From: Candidatus Poribacteria bacterium
GTDB taxonomy: Bacteria > Poribacteria > WGA-4E > UBA9662
Direction of reading: 5' to 3'
Length of the DNA stretch: 18,973 bases
NCBI GenBank assembly: GCA_036339735.1
Contig: JAYZAL010000076.1
Span: 1 to 18,973, forward strand
Below the pieces are notes generated by a model. It saw only the letters and a program-made list of their open reading frames with translations, was not told the DNA's origin and did no database searches. Positions within the stretch are counted from its first letter, which is position 1, and every line of letters begins with the position of its first letter. The position numbers and the translations under genes were made by a program. Positions 16,997-18,973 of the stretch are shown piece after piece.

Positions 16997-17947
16997 TCAC
17001 TTTTTAATCAGTTTTTGCATCGACCGAAGTTCTTTTGGAGGGTCAAGTAGGCGACCGAATTCTGCGAATGAGACCTCGGCAACATAGATATTTCCGACGG
17101 AATCCGTTGCAACAGCATGTGGAGCATAGAATCTTCCTGGTTGATCTCCAAAGGCTTCATTGCCAAGCCGAACAATAACTTCACCTTTCCCATCCAAAAT
17201 AGAAATCCTTGGACCTAGCTGACCTGCAACTTTGTAAGCTTCTTCACCACCAGCATAATATTCACCTACATAAATTAATCCATCGCTGACGTGGACAGCT
17301 GCTGTTCTGGATAGATCTCCCCATCTTGCTTCTAACTGCCCTTCTGGGTTGAAAACCTGTATGCGTCGATTTTCACGGTCGCCAATATATATGTAGCCAT
17401 CAGGGTCAATATCAATATCATGAACTATATTAAAACTGCCCAATTCTGTTCCTGCTTGCCCCCAAGAATTCAGTAAGTGCTTGCCATCAGGCGAAAAACG
17501 GTGCACTTTGGCATTACCATATCCGTCAGCTACCAAAATATCTCCATTTCTCGGATCGATAGCTACGCGAGTCGGACTACAAAACGGCTTACCACTCATA
17601 GCGGGTGAGTGTTGATATGGCTCATTAAGCGTCATTATGAGTTTACCTTCTGGTGTAAATTGTCGAATAGAATGATCTACATTATCAACACACCAGACAG
17701 TATCGTCTGGGGCAATTGTCACTGCATGAGGATTGGTGAAAATGCTCCCATGACCCCAACTCCGTACTACGTTGCCTTCGGTATCAAACACAATCATCGG
17801 ATGATTGCCTCGATTAAAAACATATACATTATCTTTAGAATCAATGTCTACCGAAGTTGCCTCTTTATAGAACCAACCTTCGGGTAAGTTACCCCAGTTT
17901 TCACCTGAAACCTGATACGTATAATCACCACTACCGAGTATTGTCAT
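16997..17947 (-). CDS. NHL-repeat beta-propeller, peptidyl-alpha-hydroxyglycine alpha-amidating lyase (PAL)-like
   Basis: GGAGGT RBS; VYVFNRG; FTNPHAV; ADGYGNAKV; FNIVHDI; GDRENRRIQVF; FYAPHAVATDSVGNIYVAEV; no signal peptide. Confidence 0.9.
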   Translation of the reverse strand: MTILGSGDYTYQVSGENWGNLPEGWFYKEATSVDIDSKDNVYVFNRGNHPMIVFDTEGNVVRSWGHGSIFTNPHAVTIAPDDTVWCVDNVDHSIRQFTPEGKLIMTLNEPYQHSPAMSGKPFCSPTRVAIDPRNGDILVADGYGNAKVHRFSPDGKHLLNSWGQAGTELGSFNIVHDIDIDPDGYIYIGDRENRRIQVFNPEGQLEARWGDLSRTAAVHVSDGLIYVGEYYAGGEEAYKVAGQLGPRISILDGKGEVIVRLGNEAFGDQPGRFYAPHAVATDSVGNIYVAEVSFAEFGRLLDPPKELRSMQKLIKK

Positions 17948-18034
17948 ATTACCTCCATCTAAAAGTTGTGGTTAAGACGAGTCATTCAATTTATAGATTG
18001 CCTTATATTTTTTGAGCTATGTCTCCTCAAAGTT

Positions 18035-18064
18035 AATATAAATTTGCGTTTTCTCCATAGTCAA
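18035..18064 (-). promoter_or_regulatory. Possible sigma70 promoter for the NHL gene
   Basis: Minus strand TTGACT (18064-18059), 18 nt spacer, TATATT (18040-18035). Confidence 0.4.
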
Positions 18065-18283
18065 CACCATTGAGTTTTTGCGTTTCAAAAGTCGATATTT
18101 TACGAGTACAGACTTGACCAATTTTACGCTCTCTGAATTGTTGTTTAACTTTTTAAGTTTCATATAGCACCCGAGATACAGGTCTCTATAAACCCAGATG
18201 TTTCATAATCAAATTACATTCGGAATATTCCTAATTTTCAACTAATCAGCATATGAAATCGGGTGGTTCTATTAACATAGGTT

Positions 18284-18973
18284 TTACAATACCGGTTTGA
18301 AGGGGTCGGTAACTGATCGCATATTGAATATACCAGTAACAAGATGATACAAAGCATAAATCTCAAAAGAAAAGGGAATATAGCCACCATAACCAAGTAA
18401 TGGCATTTCAAAAACTTTCAAAAAACCGACAAAAGGTACCCGATAAATCCATTTCGGGTAGGAATAAAAGTTCCACATCTCCCAAAAAAAACCACATATC
18501 AGGCATCCAACAGCTAATGAAAAGGCAGGCCTCCAGTCGCCACGATTTGTATGACTTAGTAGCGAATTGTGGCCAAGCCAAGCGTTGATGGGATCTAAAA
18601 TAAAGTGAACCGACATCCATACAAAGGGGAAGAAATAGCGGGGACGGTATATTAGTAAGCCTAACATTGACCAACCCAATATAAACATCAATATTGTATT
18701 CCGTGGCCGTATAGTAAACCGGATACCCCTCAAAGGTCGCCGGGTCCAGTCAAAAGTCGAAACCCATTCTGCAGTACCAAATACTGCTGGTATTACCGTT
18801 GAAAAACTGATTGAGGCGAAAATAGCATACTGAAGGCTGGTAACACTAGAGCGCCCTTCATAAAACCAGTTTTGAGTTCGCCAATTTATGAACTCAAATA
18901 GCCACCAACTGGGTGAAGAAATGACAAACAAAAGGCAGTAAGCAAAAAAGTTCCGGGTAAGTATAGAATTTCC
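18284..18973 (-). CDS. 5'-truncated polytopic membrane protein of unknown function
   Basis: Frame is open to the window edge (GNSILTRNFFAYCLLFVISS...). Several aromatic-rich TM helices; WWLFEFINWRTQNWFY and FFWEMWNFYSYPKWIY motifs; FEMPLLGYGGYIPF. Confidence 0.85.
   Translation of the reverse strand, partial: GNSILTRNFFAYCLLFVISSPSWWLFEFINWRTQNWFYEGRSSVTSLQYAIFASISFSTVIPAVFGTAEWVSTFDWTRRPLRGIRFTIRPRNTILMFILGWSMLGLLIYRPRYFFPFVWMSVHFILDPINAWLGHNSLLSHTNRGDWRPAFSLAVGCLICGFFWEMWNFYSYPKWIYRVPFVGFLKVFEMPLLGYGGYIPFSFEIYALYHLVTGIFNMRSVTDPFKPVL

Noticed and set aside
126-18674. Short (60-92 aa) alternative-frame and antisense ORFs in the track, e.g. 126..350, 551..826, 2349..2591, 6173..6451, 10079..10300, 14942..15214, 17609..17887, 18408..18674
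   Set aside because: They overlap well-supported genes and have no recognisable motifs, so they are treated as shadow ORFs.

Overview
Gene-dense, AT-rich bacterial window (roughly 40% GC by eye) with 16 supportable CDSs, two of them truncated by the window edges. I found no rRNA, tRNA, CRISPR array or mobile element. The gene style resembles Candidatus Poribacteria, possibly a low-GC lineage; this is an inference from LamG and PA14-like secreted proteins ending in AVEPxxKLxTTW, a dockerin plus NYPNPFNPETWIP C-terminal domain, and multiple Gfo/Idh/MocA, PhyH and NHL proteins. Highlights: (1) a short C-terminal motif shared by three proteins with two unrelated folds, a candidate sorting or anchoring signal; (2) a phosphonate catabolism cluster with no phnW in the window (Zn alcohol dehydrogenase, FAD amine oxidase, phosphonatase PhnX); (3) a 1289-aa secreted beta-helix/invasin-Ig protein with an internal, apparently intact cyclophilin domain; (4) a PAL-like NHL lyase with conserved catalytic residues convergent on an Fe/2OG dioxygenase; (5) an orphan tail-anchored membrane protein behind a near-consensus promoter.
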